Shown here: piece after piece, positions 28,366 through 38,270 of the stretch | How the letters are laid out: the number at the start of each line of letters is the position of its first letter | How positions within the stretch are numbered: the stretch's first letter is position 1 | Source of the DNA: an uncultured Acidobacteriota bacterium | GTDB taxonomy: Bacteria > Acidobacteriota > JAQAZP01 | Assembly (NCBI GenBank): GCA_963836075.1 | Contig: CAWIIB010000009.1 | Span: 128,001 to 192,000 of the forward strand | DNA length: 64,000 nucleotides | Reading direction: 5' to 3' | Program-made: the position numbers and the translations under genes | Notes under the pieces: model-generated | The model's database searches: none | What the model was told of the DNA's origin: nothing | Seen by the model: the letters and a program-made list of their open reading frames with translations, nothing else

Positions 28366-29016
28366 CTACCTCCTTTCGGCAGTGTCCACCCGCTCTTCGG
28401 CGTAGCCCGCGATACGGTCCACGTCGATGCGGAACGGCCCTGCCTGTTTGCCGGCAATCAGAAGTCCGAGCTGGCGGATCCGCCCGGGGTCCAGCGGCGG
28501 GACACCGGGGACCTGCCGGCCGCGCCAGGTGGTTTCAAATCCCGAGAAGGGCAGCCGCACCGTGACCCATTCGTCCGCCCGGGTTTCGAACGTCGATTGC
28601 CAGGCAACACCGTCGAACCGGTCGTCGGTGCGCAGGCGAAAGCTGTAGCGTTTGCCGTCGCCTCGCACCCGCAAGGTTATCCCGTCATACCCTTCGAGGC
28701 CGTATGCCCCGGGAACGGAGCGCACCGAAGCGAAACCGCCGTTGTTCTCCAGGGAGACCGACCCGCGAAAGACACCGAAATCGTCGCCGTCCGCCAGGAA
28801 CTCGCTCCGCGACAGTCCGCCCATCACTCCGTCGTTGACAATCTGCCAGGTTCCCCGATCTCCCCCGGCACTGAAATCGATGAGCGCCCGCTCCTCCATC
28901 TTACTCCCGCCTTCCCCGGAAACCGGCCCGGCCACCGCCAGCGAGAGCAGCGTCATCAGCACGCCCCGCTGGAAAACCTCGAACTGTCTGCTGTTGAGTA
29001 TCCGTTTCATGATCAT
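28366..29016 (-). CDS. CIA30 family protein
   Basis: WQIVNDGVMGGLS, GSVSLENNGGFASVR, VRGDGKRY. Start uncertain. Confidence 0.9.
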   Translation of the reverse strand: MIMKRILNSRQFEVFQRGVLMTLLSLAVAGPVSGEGGSKMEERALIDFSAGGDRGTWQIVNDGVMGGLSRSEFLADGDDFGVFRGSVSLENNGGFASVRSVPGAYGLEGYDGITLRVRGDGKRYSFRLRTDDRFDGVAWQSTFETRADEWVTVRLPFSGFETTWRGRQVPGVPPLDPGRIRQLGLLIAGKQAGPFRIDVDRIAGYAEERVDTAERR

Positions 29017-29042
29017 CCTCTTTTCAACGTTCCACCGCAAGC

Positions 29043-29558
29043 TCACCAGCCCATGGAGCCCGGCTGGCCCTTGAACGGCCCGACCAGGTTGCTGGTTATC
29101 CAACCGCCGTAAAAACCGCCGGGCTGGGGCCGGGCCCGCTCGCCGTCGACCAGGCAGGCGCCCATCAGTTCGGCGTAGAAGGCCACGTGGTCCTGGATGG
29201 CGCTGAATGCCTCCTTGGGCGAGCGGTAGCGCCAGGCCGCGCGGGCCGCAATCCTCTCCCCCACCCGAAGGTCGAGATAGTCTGCCGTCCCCTTCCACTC
29301 GCAGAACGACGAACCGCCGTCCGCGCTGAGCAGAGGCATGCGGATGTCGCCGGGCGGGATGTAGTAGACCGGCGGGTGGCTGGTCTCCAGCACCCGCATC
29401 GCCCTCGTCGTGTCGGCGATCACCTCGTTGTTGAAGATCACCTGGACGTGCCCGTGAAACCGCTCCACCCGCGGCGGCCGCGGATAGTCCCACACCGACT
29501 CGATGAGAGAAGCCCGCCGCGATTTCGCTCTCTTTCCCTTTCCCTTCGCCATGTTCAT
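29043..29558 (-). CDS. DUF427 domain protein
   Basis: ESVWDYPRPP, VLETSHPPVYYIP, SFCEWKG, FYGGWIT. Confidence 0.9.
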   Translation of the reverse strand: MNMAKGKGKRAKSRRASLIESVWDYPRPPRVERFHGHVQVIFNNEVIADTTRAMRVLETSHPPVYYIPPGDIRMPLLSADGGSSFCEWKGTADYLDLRVGERIAARAAWRYRSPKEAFSAIQDHVAFYAELMGACLVDGERARPQPGGFYGGWITSNLVGPFKGQPGSMGW

Positions 29559-29586
29559 CGTGTCACGCCTTTTCGTCATCCGATAG

Positions 29587-30312
29587 TCATTTGAGCAGCC
29601 GCAGCGAGCCGATGCCGCCGTCCACCGCCAGGACCTGCCCGGTGATCCAGCCGTTCTCCTCGTCGAGGAGCCCGCATGCCCAGCGGGCGATATCATCAGG
29701 TTGCCCCACGCGCCCCAGCGGATGCCGGCCGGCCGCCGCGCTCCGCTTCTCGTCACTGGAGAGCAGCCGCCCGGCCAGCGGCGTGTCGGTGAGCGACGGG
29801 GCGACGGCGTTGACCCGGATCCCCGGCGCCAGTTCGGCGGCCAGCGACCTGGTCAGTCCCTCCACCGCACCCTTGGCGCTGGCCACCGAAGCGTGAAAGG
29901 GCATGCCGGTCTGCACCGCGACGGTGCTGAAGAGCACGATGCCGGCCGACGGTTCGGCCCGCTTGAGCAGCGGCAGGGCAGCCTGGATCACCGACACCGC
30001 GCCGAGCAGGTTGACCTTGAAGTCCTCGAGAAAATCGTCGGCCTTCAGCTGACGGAAGGGCCGCAGCCGGATCGTTCCCGGGCAGTAGGCCAGGCCGTGC
30101 AGCACATCCGGGAGCTGGTCCAGGGGAAGGTCCTGTTCCACCGCGTCGCAGCGGATGAAGCTGACGCTGTCGTTCTGCAGCTGCGATTGCTGCTCCCCGC
30201 CGGCCGACCGGCCGGCGACATAGACACTGCGTCCGCGCCAGACCAGCTGGTCCACCATGGCCCGGCCGATGCCGGACCCGCCGCCGACGATGAGATAGTT
30301 TCTTTTATTCAT
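29587..30312 (-). CDS. Short-chain dehydrogenase/reductase
   Basis: GGGSGIG, FSTVA, HASVASAK, IRVNAVAP, ITGQVLAVDGG. Confidence 0.9.
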   Translation of the reverse strand: MNKRNYLIVGGGSGIGRAMVDQLVWRGRSVYVAGRSAGGEQQSQLQNDSVSFIRCDAVEQDLPLDQLPDVLHGLAYCPGTIRLRPFRQLKADDFLEDFKVNLLGAVSVIQAALPLLKRAEPSAGIVLFSTVAVQTGMPFHASVASAKGAVEGLTRSLAAELAPGIRVNAVAPSLTDTPLAGRLLSSDEKRSAAAGRHPLGRVGQPDDIARWACGLLDEENGWITGQVLAVDGGIGSLRLLK

Positions 30313-30362
30313 ATGCCTGCTCCATTCACCATCACGAGGCCCTCCTTATTGAAGACAGCATG

Positions 30363-30392
30363 ATTGTATTATATTTGTCTATGTTTTGTCAA
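30363..30392 (-). promoter_or_regulatory. Sigma70 promoter overlapped by three 11-bp direct repeats (CarH/LitR-type operator)
   Basis: Minus strand TTGACA-aaaca-TAGACA-aatat-AATACA; promoter TTGACA-N18-TACAAT. Confidence 0.7.
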
Positions 30393-30499
30393 GATAAATA
30401 TATACAATTCTCGCAAAGGGATGAAATCAATGGGGATGGCGGATTACCGGACGACCTACCGTAAGGAGGGGTAACAGATGGGACCCGATTCCGTAAATC

Positions 30500-31063
30500 C
30501 TACGGTTTTCCACTGCCGCTTCCACTGCCCTGCGCCGTCATCTCGAACTCGCCGGGATCGTAGCCCTGCTCCCGGAGAATGGTCTGCACCGCCGCCCACT
30601 GTTCGTCGCCGAGCGCTGCCGACCGGGCGAGGACCCAGCCGTAGCGGCGGTCGGGGTGCCCGATCACCGCGTATTCGTAACCCGGACCGAGGCCAATGAT
30701 CCAGTAGTCGCCCCAGAAGAGCTGTAACCCGAACAGCCGCACGAAGCTGACTTCCAGTTTCGCCCCGGTTGCGGCGTCGACCACCCGGGCGACACCCGCG
30801 GCCTCGCTCACGCCGCCGTCGGCCTCGATGCAGCGGTTCACCACCCCGATCATCCCGTCCTCCCGCAGGGTGTACTCGGCGGTGGTCCCGCTCGCGCACT
30901 TCCGCTGAAAACGGTTGGGGATCTTCGCGATCTCGTACCACAGCCCGGCGTAGCGCTGAAGGTCCACCGAGTCCACGGTCTGCGGCGGCCGCTTACCGGC
31001 CGCTCCGGCGGTTGCCGCCGCGAGCCCGAAAATGATCAGGCACCCGATAAGGAGCTTGTCCAC
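30500..31063 (-). CDS. blc: Bacterial lipocalin
   Basis: VDLQRYAGLWYEIAK, AKLEVSF, GDYWII, YGWVLAR. Confidence 0.92.
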   Translation of the reverse strand: MDKLLIGCLIIFGLAAATAGAAGKRPPQTVDSVDLQRYAGLWYEIAKIPNRFQRKCASGTTAEYTLREDGMIGVVNRCIEADGGVSEAAGVARVVDAATGAKLEVSFVRLFGLQLFWGDYWIIGLGPGYEYAVIGHPDRRYGWVLARSAALGDEQWAAVQTILREQGYDPGEFEMTAQGSGSGSGKP

Positions 31064-31127
31064 TCTCGATTCCTCCCCGTCGGTGAAGGCCAGCTATTCC
31101 ACAAGGCTGGCACACTACAGTTGATGT

Positions 31128-31168
31128 GCAACAAATTATTGACAAATATTATAGATTAATTATACAAT
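31128..31168 (+). promoter_or_regulatory. Sigma70 promoter overlapped by four 11-bp direct repeats (CarH/LitR-type operator)
   Basis: GCAACA (31128), TTGACA (31139), TATAGA (31150), TATACA (31161); promoter TTGACA-N18-TACAAT. Confidence 0.72.
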
Positions 31169-31238
31169 CGAACCGACGACAATTGCAAGAGTACTTTTCC
31201 CAATCAGAGAACGAGCGATGAAACGCCAGGAAAACAGA

Positions 31239-32780
31239 ATGGATGCAGCGGCCCGGGAAACGGTGCTGGTCACCGGGGCCACCGGGTATATCGGCGGGCG
31301 GCTGGTGCCCCGCCTGCTCGATGCCGGCTACGCCGTGTGCTGCCTGGTGCGTGACCCGCGCAAACTGGTCCACCGCCCGTGGGCCGAGCGGTCCGATGTG
31401 ACGGTGGTGACCGGTGACGCCGCCGACGCGGCGTCACTGGAGCGGGCAGCCGCCGGGTGCACCGCTGCCTACTACCTGGTCCACTCCATGGTGGCGGCGG
31501 GCGCTTCGTATGCCGAAACCGACCGGCGCCTGGCAGGCACCTTCGCCGCCGCCATGTCGGCCGCCGGCGTGCGGCGGATCGTCTACCTCGCCGGCCTCGG
31601 CGAGAGCGAGGGAGATCTCAGCGAGCACCTCTCGTCGCGCCGGGAAGTTGAGTCGTCGCTGCGCGCCGGCGACGTGCCGGTGACCGTGCTGCGGGCGGCG
31701 ATGATCATCGGTTCCGGCTCGGCCTCGTTCGAGATCCTGCGCTACCTCGTGGAGCGGTTGCCGGTGATGACGACGCCGCGGTGGGTCAGCACTCCGAGCC
31801 AGCCCATTGCGGTGCGCAACGTGCTCCACTACCTGGTGGCCTGTCTCGAAGTGGAAGAGACCGCCGGCGAGATCCTGGACATCGGTGGCCCCGATGTGCT
31901 GACCTACCGCGAACTGATGCAGGAAATGGCCGGCGTGCTCGGTCTGCCCCGCCGGCTGATCATCCCGGTCCCGGTGCTCACCCCGAAACTCAGTGCGCTC
32001 TGGATCCACCTGGTCACCCCGGTGAGCGCCAGTCTGGCCCGGCCGCTGGCCGACGGGCTGCGCAACCCCCTGCTTTGCCGCGATGACCGGGCCGTGCGGC
32101 TGATGCCCCAGCGCCTGCTCTCCGCGCGGGAAGCGATGGAAGCGGCCATCGTCCGGGTCAACAGCCACGAGGTGGAGACCAGCTGGTCCGATGCCGGGGT
32201 GATGCCCGGCGACCCGGACTGGGCCGGGGGCACGGTGCTCGAAGACCGGCGGTCGATCGACGTGCCCGCGCCCGCGCAAGCCGTGTTCCGGGAGGTGAGC
32301 GGGATCGGCGGGGACCACGGCTACCCCGCGGCCAATTTCCTTTGGCGGCTGCGCGGCATCATGGACCGGCTGGCCGGCGGCCCCGGGTTGCGCCGCGGCC
32401 GCCGCCACCCCGACCGCCTGGCCTACGGTGACGCGGTGGATTTCTGGCGGGTCTCGGCCCTCGATCCGGGCCGGCGCCTGGAACTGCGCGCGGAGATGAA
32501 GCTGCCCGGCGTGGCGACACTGACCTTCGAGGTAACACCCGGCGCCGCGCAGGGGAGCGAAACGCGACTGGAACAGATCGCCCGGTTCAAACCGAGAGGG
32601 CTGGCCGGCATCGTTTACTGGTACGCGGTGCTGCCGTTGCACGGGATCGTCTTCCGCCGAATGATCCGCGGGCTGGCCCGTGCGGCCGAGCGGCGCGCCG
32701 CGAGGGAGGCCGCCGACAACGCTGCCGCGGGTACGGAAGATCCGGCCCCTGACCCGTCCAGCGCGGAGGGCGGGCGATGA
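31239..32780 (+). CDS. YbjT-like atypical SDR with C-terminal DUF2867
   Basis: [44 protein letters not shown]. Alternative start at 31218. Confidence 0.92.
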   Translation: MDAAARETVLVTGATGYIGGRLVPRLLDAGYAVCCLVRDPRKLVHRPWAERSDVTVVTGDAADAASLERAAAGCTAAYYLVHSMVAAGASYAETDRRLAGTFAAAMSAAGVRRIVYLAGLGESEGDLSEHLSSRREVESSLRAGDVPVTVLRAAMIIGSGSASFEILRYLVERLPVMTTPRWVSTPSQPIAVRNVLHYLVACLEVEETAGEILDIGGPDVLTYRELMQEMAGVLGLPRRLIIPVPVLTPKLSALWIHLVTPVSASLARPLADGLRNPLLCRDDRAVRLMPQRLLSAREAMEAAIVRVNSHEVETSWSDAGVMPGDPDWAGGTVLEDRRSIDVPAPAQAVFREVSGIGGDHGYPAANFLWRLRGIMDRLAGGPGLRRGRRHPDRLAYGDAVDFWRVSALDPGRRLELRAEMKLPGVATLTFEVTPGAAQGSETRLEQIARFKPRGLAGIVYWYAVLPLHGIVFRRMIRGLARAAERRAAREAADNAAAGTEDPAPDPSSAEGGR

Positions 32781-33844
32781 TCCGCGGCGACGTCATCATC
32801 GTGGGAGGAGGGATCGCCGGGCTGACCGCTGCCGGTGTCCTGCGACGTGCCGGTCTCCACGCGGTGGTGCTGGACAAGGGACGTGGTCCGGGCGGGCGCC
32901 TGGCCACCCTCAGCGTTGATGTGGCCGGCAACGGCTGCGCCGTGTTTGATTACGGCGCCCAGCAGATCAGTGCGCGGGGGCCCGAGTTCCGGCGGCAGAT
33001 GGCGGCGTGGCTGGAGAGCGGCGTGGCCGTGGAATGGTGCCGCGGCCTGCCCGCGCCCGGGGAGCCCGAACCCGATGACCGGACGCCGCGCTACCGCGGC
33101 GCCGCCGGCGTGCGCGGTATCGCCCTCGACCTGGCTGACGGGATCGACCTGCACCTGCGGACCCGGGTGGCCTCCGTGACCGCGGAGATCGGCGGGTGGA
33201 CGGCCGAAACCGAAGACGGACGGCTCTTTCACGGGTCAGCCCTGCTGGTCACCGCCCCGGTGCCCCAGGCGCTCGACCTGCTCGACGCATCGGCCGTACC
33301 CATTCCGGCATCAGACCGGAATATCCTGCGGGGCATCGTCTACGAGCCTTGCATTGCGGTGCTGGCCAGAACCGGTGAACGGGTCAAGATTCCCGAACCG
33401 GGGGCCATCCGCCTGCCCGGGGAGCCGCTGATCTGGGCCGCCGACAACCGGGTCAAGGGAATCTCGCCCGATGCCGGTGCGGTGACCCTGCACGCCGGGC
33501 CCCGGACCAGCAAGCGGCTCTGGACCGACAGCGACCCCGACGTGGCCCGGGTCCTGCTGGCCGAGGCCGAACCCTGGATCGGCGCCGGCCCGGAGCTGGT
33601 CACCGTTCACCGCTGGCGCTACAGCCGGCCGGTCTCCACCCCCGATATCCCCTTTGCCATGCTCGGGACCGAGCCTCCGCTGGCCCTGGCCGGCGACGGC
33701 TTCGGGGGCTCGCGCGTGGAAGGGGCCTGGACCTCCGGCCGCACCGCCGGCGACTGGCTGGGAACGCAGCTGGGCCGGCCGGCCCTGGACCGGTCGAAAA
33801 CCATGCCGCAGGGGGTGACCGCCCCCGGCCCGGAGGAAAAGTGA
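32777..33844 (+). CDS. Renalase-like FAD-dependent oxidoreductase
   Basis: [34 protein letters not shown]...VEGAWTSG. Confidence 0.88.
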   Translation: MIRGDVIIVGGGIAGLTAAGVLRRAGLHAVVLDKGRGPGGRLATLSVDVAGNGCAVFDYGAQQISARGPEFRRQMAAWLESGVAVEWCRGLPAPGEPEPDDRTPRYRGAAGVRGIALDLADGIDLHLRTRVASVTAEIGGWTAETEDGRLFHGSALLVTAPVPQALDLLDASAVPIPASDRNILRGIVYEPCIAVLARTGERVKIPEPGAIRLPGEPLIWAADNRVKGISPDAGAVTLHAGPRTSKRLWTDSDPDVARVLLAEAEPWIGAGPELVTVHRWRYSRPVSTPDIPFAMLGTEPPLALAGDGFGGSRVEGAWTSGRTAGDWLGTQLGRPALDRSKTMPQGVTAPGPEEK

Positions 33845-34633
33845 TGACACCCGTGACGCTCGCACTGGCCGGCTGGGCCGTGATGGCCCTGGTGATGCTG
33901 GCGCTCTATCTCGTTTCCCGGCGCACCGCCAACGCCGGCATCGTCGACGCGGGCTGGGCGGCCGGTGTGGGCGCCCTGGCCCTGCTCTACGCCGCTGCTG
34001 GGCAGCGGCGACCCGGCCCGCCGGGCGCTGCTGGCCGTGCTCGCCGGCGGCTGGGGCCTCAGGCTGGCCTGGTATCTGCTGACCGACCGCTTCATCGGCC
34101 GTCCCGAGGACGGGCGCTACACCATGCTGCGCCGCCAGTGGGGCGACAAGGCCGAAAGGAACCTGGCCCTCTTTTTCCAGGTCCAGGCCTTCTGGGCGGT
34201 GCTCTTCTCCGTCCCCTTCCTGCCGGTGGTCTTCTCCGGGGCCGACTTCTCCTGGCTCGATATCGCCGGCGCCGCGGTCTGGGCCGTGGCCGTGGGGGGC
34301 GAGTGGACCGCCGACCGCCAGCTGGCCCGCTTCCGCGAGGATCCCCAAAGTGCCGGCCGCACCTGCCGCGCCGGACTCTGGCGCTACAGCCGTCATCCGA
34401 ACTACTTCTTCGAATGGATTCACTGGTTCGCCTACCCGCTGCTGGCCTTCGGCTCATCCTGGTGGTGGGTCAGCCTGGCCGGGCCGGTGGTGATGCTGGT
34501 CTTCCTGCTGCAGATCACCGGCATCCCCTACACCGAGAAACGGGCGCTGGAGTCCCGCGGCGACGATTACCGCGAGTACCAGCGCACCACCAGTGCATTC
34601 ATCCCCTGGTTCCCCAAGGAGGACAAAGCGTGA
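33841..34633 (+). CDS. DUF1295 (steroid 5-alpha-reductase-like) membrane protein with a frameshift near 33992-33994
   Basis: N-part NAGIVDAGWA lies in one frame; C-part WGLRL, EDGRY, GLWRYSRHPNYFFEW and YREYQRTTSAFIPW in another. Removing one base restores YALLGSGD. Confidence 0.88.
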
Positions 34634-35658
34634 GCATCGCCATCGATCTCATGGAGCGGGGCCTGCTGCCCGACAGCCTGGTCCGCTTCGGCATCCGCCG
34701 GCTCTGCCGGCAGCGCCTGCGCGACGAGGACCGGGGTTCGCCCGAAGCCAACACTGCGGCAAAGAAGGCCTTTGTGGAGGCCCTGCGCAGCGAGCCGGTG
34801 GCCGTGCATACCGACGCGGCCAACGAACAGCACTACGAGGTGCCGGCGGAGTTCTTCCGCCTCTCCCTGGGCCCGCGGCTGAAGTACAGCTGCTGCTGGT
34901 GGCCCGAAGGCGTGGACAGTCTGGCCGCGGCCGAGGACGCATCCCTCGAGCAGGTCTGCCGCCGCGCCGAACTGGCCGACGGCATGGAGATCCTCGAACT
35001 GGGCTGCGGCTGGGGGTCGCTCTCGCTCTGGATGGCCGAACGCTACCCCAACAGCCGTATCCTCTCCGTCTCCAACTCCGCCGGCCAGCGGGCGTTCATC
35101 GAGGCCCGCCGCGACGAGCTGGGCCTGGGCAATCTCGAACTGCTCACCGCCGACGCCAACGACCTGCGGCTGGACCGCTCCTTCCACCGTGCGGTATCCA
35201 TCGAGATGTTCGAGCACATGCGCAACTACCGCACCCTGCTGGGACGGGTGGCCGGTTGGCTCAAGCCGGGGGGCAAGCTCTTCGTCCACGTCTTCACCCA
35301 CCGCGAGTTCGCCTATCCCTACGAGACCGAGGGCGAGGACAACTGGATGGGGCGCTATTTCTTCACCGGCGGGCTGATGCCCTCGGACGACCTGCTGCTC
35401 CAGTTCCAGGACCACGTGGCCATCGAGGAGCAGTGGCGGATCGACGGCACTCACTACCAGAGAACCGCCGAAGCCTGGCTGGCGGCCATGGACCGCAACC
35501 GGGCCGCGATCATGCCGGTGTTCGAGGAGACCTACGGGGACGAGGCGGGCCGCTGGTTCCAGCGCTGGCGGGTCTTCTACATGGCCTGCGCCGAGCTGTG
35601 GGGGTTTCGCGGCGGCTCCGAATGGGGCGTGTGCCACTACCGCTTTGTCAAGAGTTGA
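34630..35658 (+). CDS. Cfa/CMAS-family SAM-dependent methyltransferase (second copy)
   Basis: GTG start overlapping the DUF1295 stop; ANEQHYEVP, LKYSCC, LELGCGWG, SIEMFEHMRNY, YFFTGGLMP. Confidence 0.9.
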   Translation: MSIAIDLMERGLLPDSLVRFGIRRLCRQRLRDEDRGSPEANTAAKKAFVEALRSEPVAVHTDAANEQHYEVPAEFFRLSLGPRLKYSCCWWPEGVDSLAAAEDASLEQVCRRAELADGMEILELGCGWGSLSLWMAERYPNSRILSVSNSAGQRAFIEARRDELGLGNLELLTADANDLRLDRSFHRAVSIEMFEHMRNYRTLLGRVAGWLKPGGKLFVHVFTHREFAYPYETEGEDNWMGRYFFTGGLMPSDDLLLQFQDHVAIEEQWRIDGTHYQRTAEAWLAAMDRNRAAIMPVFEETYGDEAGRWFQRWRVFYMACAELWGFRGGSEWGVCHYRFVKS

Positions 35659-36184
35659 CCCGTTCCGCTTCCGCCCGCAACCGCGCAGCGATAACCACCG
35701 TTGCCGGCAGGGCGATGGCCCAGGCAAGTCCCACCATGGCCAGCGACAAGTATCCCGGCTCACCCAGGGTCACCGCACCCAGTCCGCCACCTGCGGCATA
35801 GGCCGACGGCCCGCCCACGGCGCCCAGCAGGGCCGCCACCAGCGGCCGGCCCTCCAGCCAGCGCAGCGAGGTGGAGAGGGTGGTGCCGAAGTTGACCCAC
35901 AACGCCACCATCCAGGGCGTGCTCCAGGGGCCGGGATAGAGATCGCCGCGCACCGGGTCGATGGCCCCGGCCAGATCGAGCAGCGTGTCCGCCGCGAACC
36001 CGATCAGCACCATGATGCCGGCGAGGATGAGCTCCGGCCGCCGCTGCTCGGCCAGCACGAGGTGCAGGGCAAAAAAGGCCAGTACCGCCAGTGGGCCAAG
36101 CCAGTAGTACCCGGCGGCGGCGCCCAGCGCGCAGGCGAACCACCCGGCATTCACCGTCACCACGTTGACCAGGGTCTTGATCAC
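35648..36184 (-). CDS. DUF2878 membrane protein
   Basis: GWFACALG, PWMVALWVNF, GAVGGPSAYAAG. Confidence 0.85.
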   Translation of the reverse strand: MIKTLVNVVTVNAGWFACALGAAAGYYWLGPLAVLAFFALHLVLAEQRRPELILAGIMVLIGFAADTLLDLAGAIDPVRGDLYPGPWSTPWMVALWVNFGTTLSTSLRWLEGRPLVAALLGAVGGPSAYAAGGGLGAVTLGEPGYLSLAMVGLAWAIALPATVVIAARLRAEAERVNS

Positions 36185-37488
36185 AGGTCTTCCTCCGCCG
36201 GGCCGTCCGCCGGCAGGGGCGGCGACACGGTCACGGTGCGGTTGAGCGGCCTGGCGAACACCGCCTGGACGTCACCGATGTAGCGCTCGGCAAAGGCGCC
36301 CTGGCAGTAGGCGAGGTAGAACTCCCACATGCGCAGGAACCGCTCGGGGTAACCGAGGGCGGCGACCCTGTCCCGGTTCTCGAGGAAGCGGACCCGCCAG
36401 CGCCGCAGGGTCTCCGCGTAGTGCGGGGTGATGTCCTCCATGTGCACCAGCCCCAGGTCGGTGGTGCGGGTGGCCGAGGCGCACATCACCGTGGGCGAGA
36501 CCAGGCAGGACCCGGGGAAGATGTAGCGCTTGATGAAGTCGACGCTTTTCGTCTGGGCCTGGTGGAAACGGTCGGCGATGGTGATCGCCTGCAGGGCCAG
36601 CAGGCCGTCCGGCTTCAACAGCTCTCCGCAGCGCTGGAAGAAAAGGTCGAGGTGGTCGTGGCCCACAGCCTCGATCATCTCGATGGAGACCAGCCGGTCG
36701 TACTGGCCGCGCAGGTCGCGGTAGTCCTCCATCAACAGCTCCACCTTGTCTTCGAGGCCGGCCGCACGCACCCGCTCCGCGGCCAGCCGGTGCTGTTCGG
36801 CCGAGATGGTGGTGCTGGTGACCCGGCAGCCGTAAGTGCCGGCGGCGTGCAGGGCGAAGCCGCCCCAGCCGGTGCCGATCTCCAGCACGTGGTGCGTGTC
36901 ATCGAGGCCCAGCTTGCGGCAGAGCCGGTCGTACTTGGCCACCGAGGCCTCGGCCAGGGTCATGCCCGGCCGCTCGAACAGTGCCGAAGAATAGGTCATG
37001 GTCTCGTCGAGGAACAGGGCATAGAAATCGTTGCCCAGGTCGTAGTGCTCGGCGATATTGGCCCGGCTGCCCGAGCGGGTGTTGCGACGCCCGCGGTGGT
37101 AGAGCCGGTCCACCAGCCCGGTGAGCCTGAACCAGCCCGTGTCCAACTCCTCCATCAGCTGGAGGTTGCGCACCAGCACCCGCACCACGCCGGGCAGGTC
37201 GTCGGTCTCCCAGTGGCCGTCCATGAACGACTCGGCCGCGCCCAGGGTGCCCCTGAGCAGCAGGGCGGTATAGAGCTCCGGGTCGCTCACCCGGACCGTG
37301 GGATGAGGCTCGCCGGCCCGGCCCGGGGCACCGAGCACCAGCCGTTCTCCATCCTCCTCGATGGTCATCGCGCCCCAGTCGATACCTGCCAGCCGCTGAA
37401 CCAGTTGCCTGCGAGCCCAGTGCTGGAAGCGGGTTCTGTTTCCCGGCCGGACGGCGGGTCCGGCCAGGGAGAGGTCACTGCTGTTCAT
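36181..37488 (-). CDS. cfa: Cyclopropane-fatty-acyl-phospholipid synthase family methyltransferase (UfaM-like)
   Basis: NIAEHYDLGNDFY, MTYSSA, LEIGTGWGG, SIEMIEAVG, DFIKRYIFPG, RMWEFYLAYC. Confidence 0.93.
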   Translation of the reverse strand: MNSSDLSLAGPAVRPGNRTRFQHWARRQLVQRLAGIDWGAMTIEEDGERLVLGAPGRAGEPHPTVRVSDPELYTALLLRGTLGAAESFMDGHWETDDLPGVVRVLVRNLQLMEELDTGWFRLTGLVDRLYHRGRRNTRSGSRANIAEHYDLGNDFYALFLDETMTYSSALFERPGMTLAEASVAKYDRLCRKLGLDDTHHVLEIGTGWGGFALHAAGTYGCRVTSTTISAEQHRLAAERVRAAGLEDKVELLMEDYRDLRGQYDRLVSIEMIEAVGHDHLDLFFQRCGELLKPDGLLALQAITIADRFHQAQTKSVDFIKRYIFPGSCLVSPTVMCASATRTTDLGLVHMEDITPHYAETLRRWRVRFLENRDRVAALGYPERFLRMWEFYLAYCQGAFAERYIGDVQAVFARPLNRTVTVSPPLPADGPAEEDL

Positions 37489-38270
37489 GATTCCTCCTTT
37501 GCCGCGGCCCGGGGTTTTGCCGGGTGGGGGTAAAAGGGCACACGCCGCAGCCAGAGGCGCAGCGCCTGCCAGTAGATGGCGGCCACCACCTTGACGGTCA
37601 TCAGCGGGTAGCGCACGATCACCCGGCCCATCGACCGCCGGGTGATCTCCCGCCGCTCGAGGCCCAGAGTGACATCGAACATCGCCCGCTCGCCTTCGGT
37701 GGTGTGCATCTGCACCCCCAGCCGCTCGCCGGGGAGCTGGAAGCGCCAGTCGTATTGCTGATCCATGCCCATGAAGGGTGAGACGTGGAAATCCTTGTCG
37801 AAGTTGTGCCGGGTCCAGCCGTCAGCGGCCCGGTTCCCCGGGTGGGCGGTGTCCAGCACGTAGGTGTGCCGCTCACGCCAGGGGGTGTTGTCGATCTCGG
37901 CAGCCACGGCGTCGAGGTTGCCGGTGGTGTCGAAGCAGTAGTAGAAGGTTACCGGGTTGAAACAGATACCGAATGTCCGCGGGTGGGTCAGCATGCGCAC
38001 CGCGCCTTCCGGCCGGCGGCCCAGTCGTGCGGCCACGGTAGCCCGAACCGCCTCGTCCAGCGGCCGGGCCGGGTTGCCGTGGTAGTCGGCACGGCGGAAG
38101 CTGATCACGTTGGCCCGTTCCAGCGACCAGAGCGGGTGGCTGTCGAAGACCGCCTCCAGCTCGGACAGGTCGAAGTAGGCCATGAACAGCGGGTAGCGGA
38201 ACGTGCGCCGCACCGGGTGGTGGCGCTGGTGCTGGACAAAGCCCTGGTAGATGGCGCTTTCCATTGTCAA
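37485..38270 (-). CDS. DUF1365 protein (UfaO-like)
   Basis: H.RH.PV...FRY, FNPVTFYYC, NTPWRERHTY, KDFHVSPFM, AIYWQALRLW. Confidence 0.92.
   Translation of the reverse strand: MTMESAIYQGFVQHQRHHPVRRTFRYPLFMAYFDLSELEAVFDSHPLWSLERANVISFRRADYHGNPARPLDEAVRATVAARLGRRPEGAVRMLTHPRTFGICFNPVTFYYCFDTTGNLDAVAAEIDNTPWRERHTYVLDTAHPGNRAADGWTRHNFDKDFHVSPFMGMDQQYDWRFQLPGERLGVQMHTTEGERAMFDVTLGLERREITRRSMGRVIVRYPLMTVKVVAAIYWQALRLWLRRVPFYPHPAKPRAAAKEES

Noticed and set aside
28366-29493. 375-aa version of the CIA30 ORF
   Set aside because: The extension overlaps the DUF427 gene in another frame and is low-complexity.
33841-35658. Apparent 605-aa DUF1295-methyltransferase fusion
   Set aside because: It is an artefact of a single frameshift near 33993. 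The intervening translation is nonsense, and the real DUF1295 body is in another frame ending at 34633.
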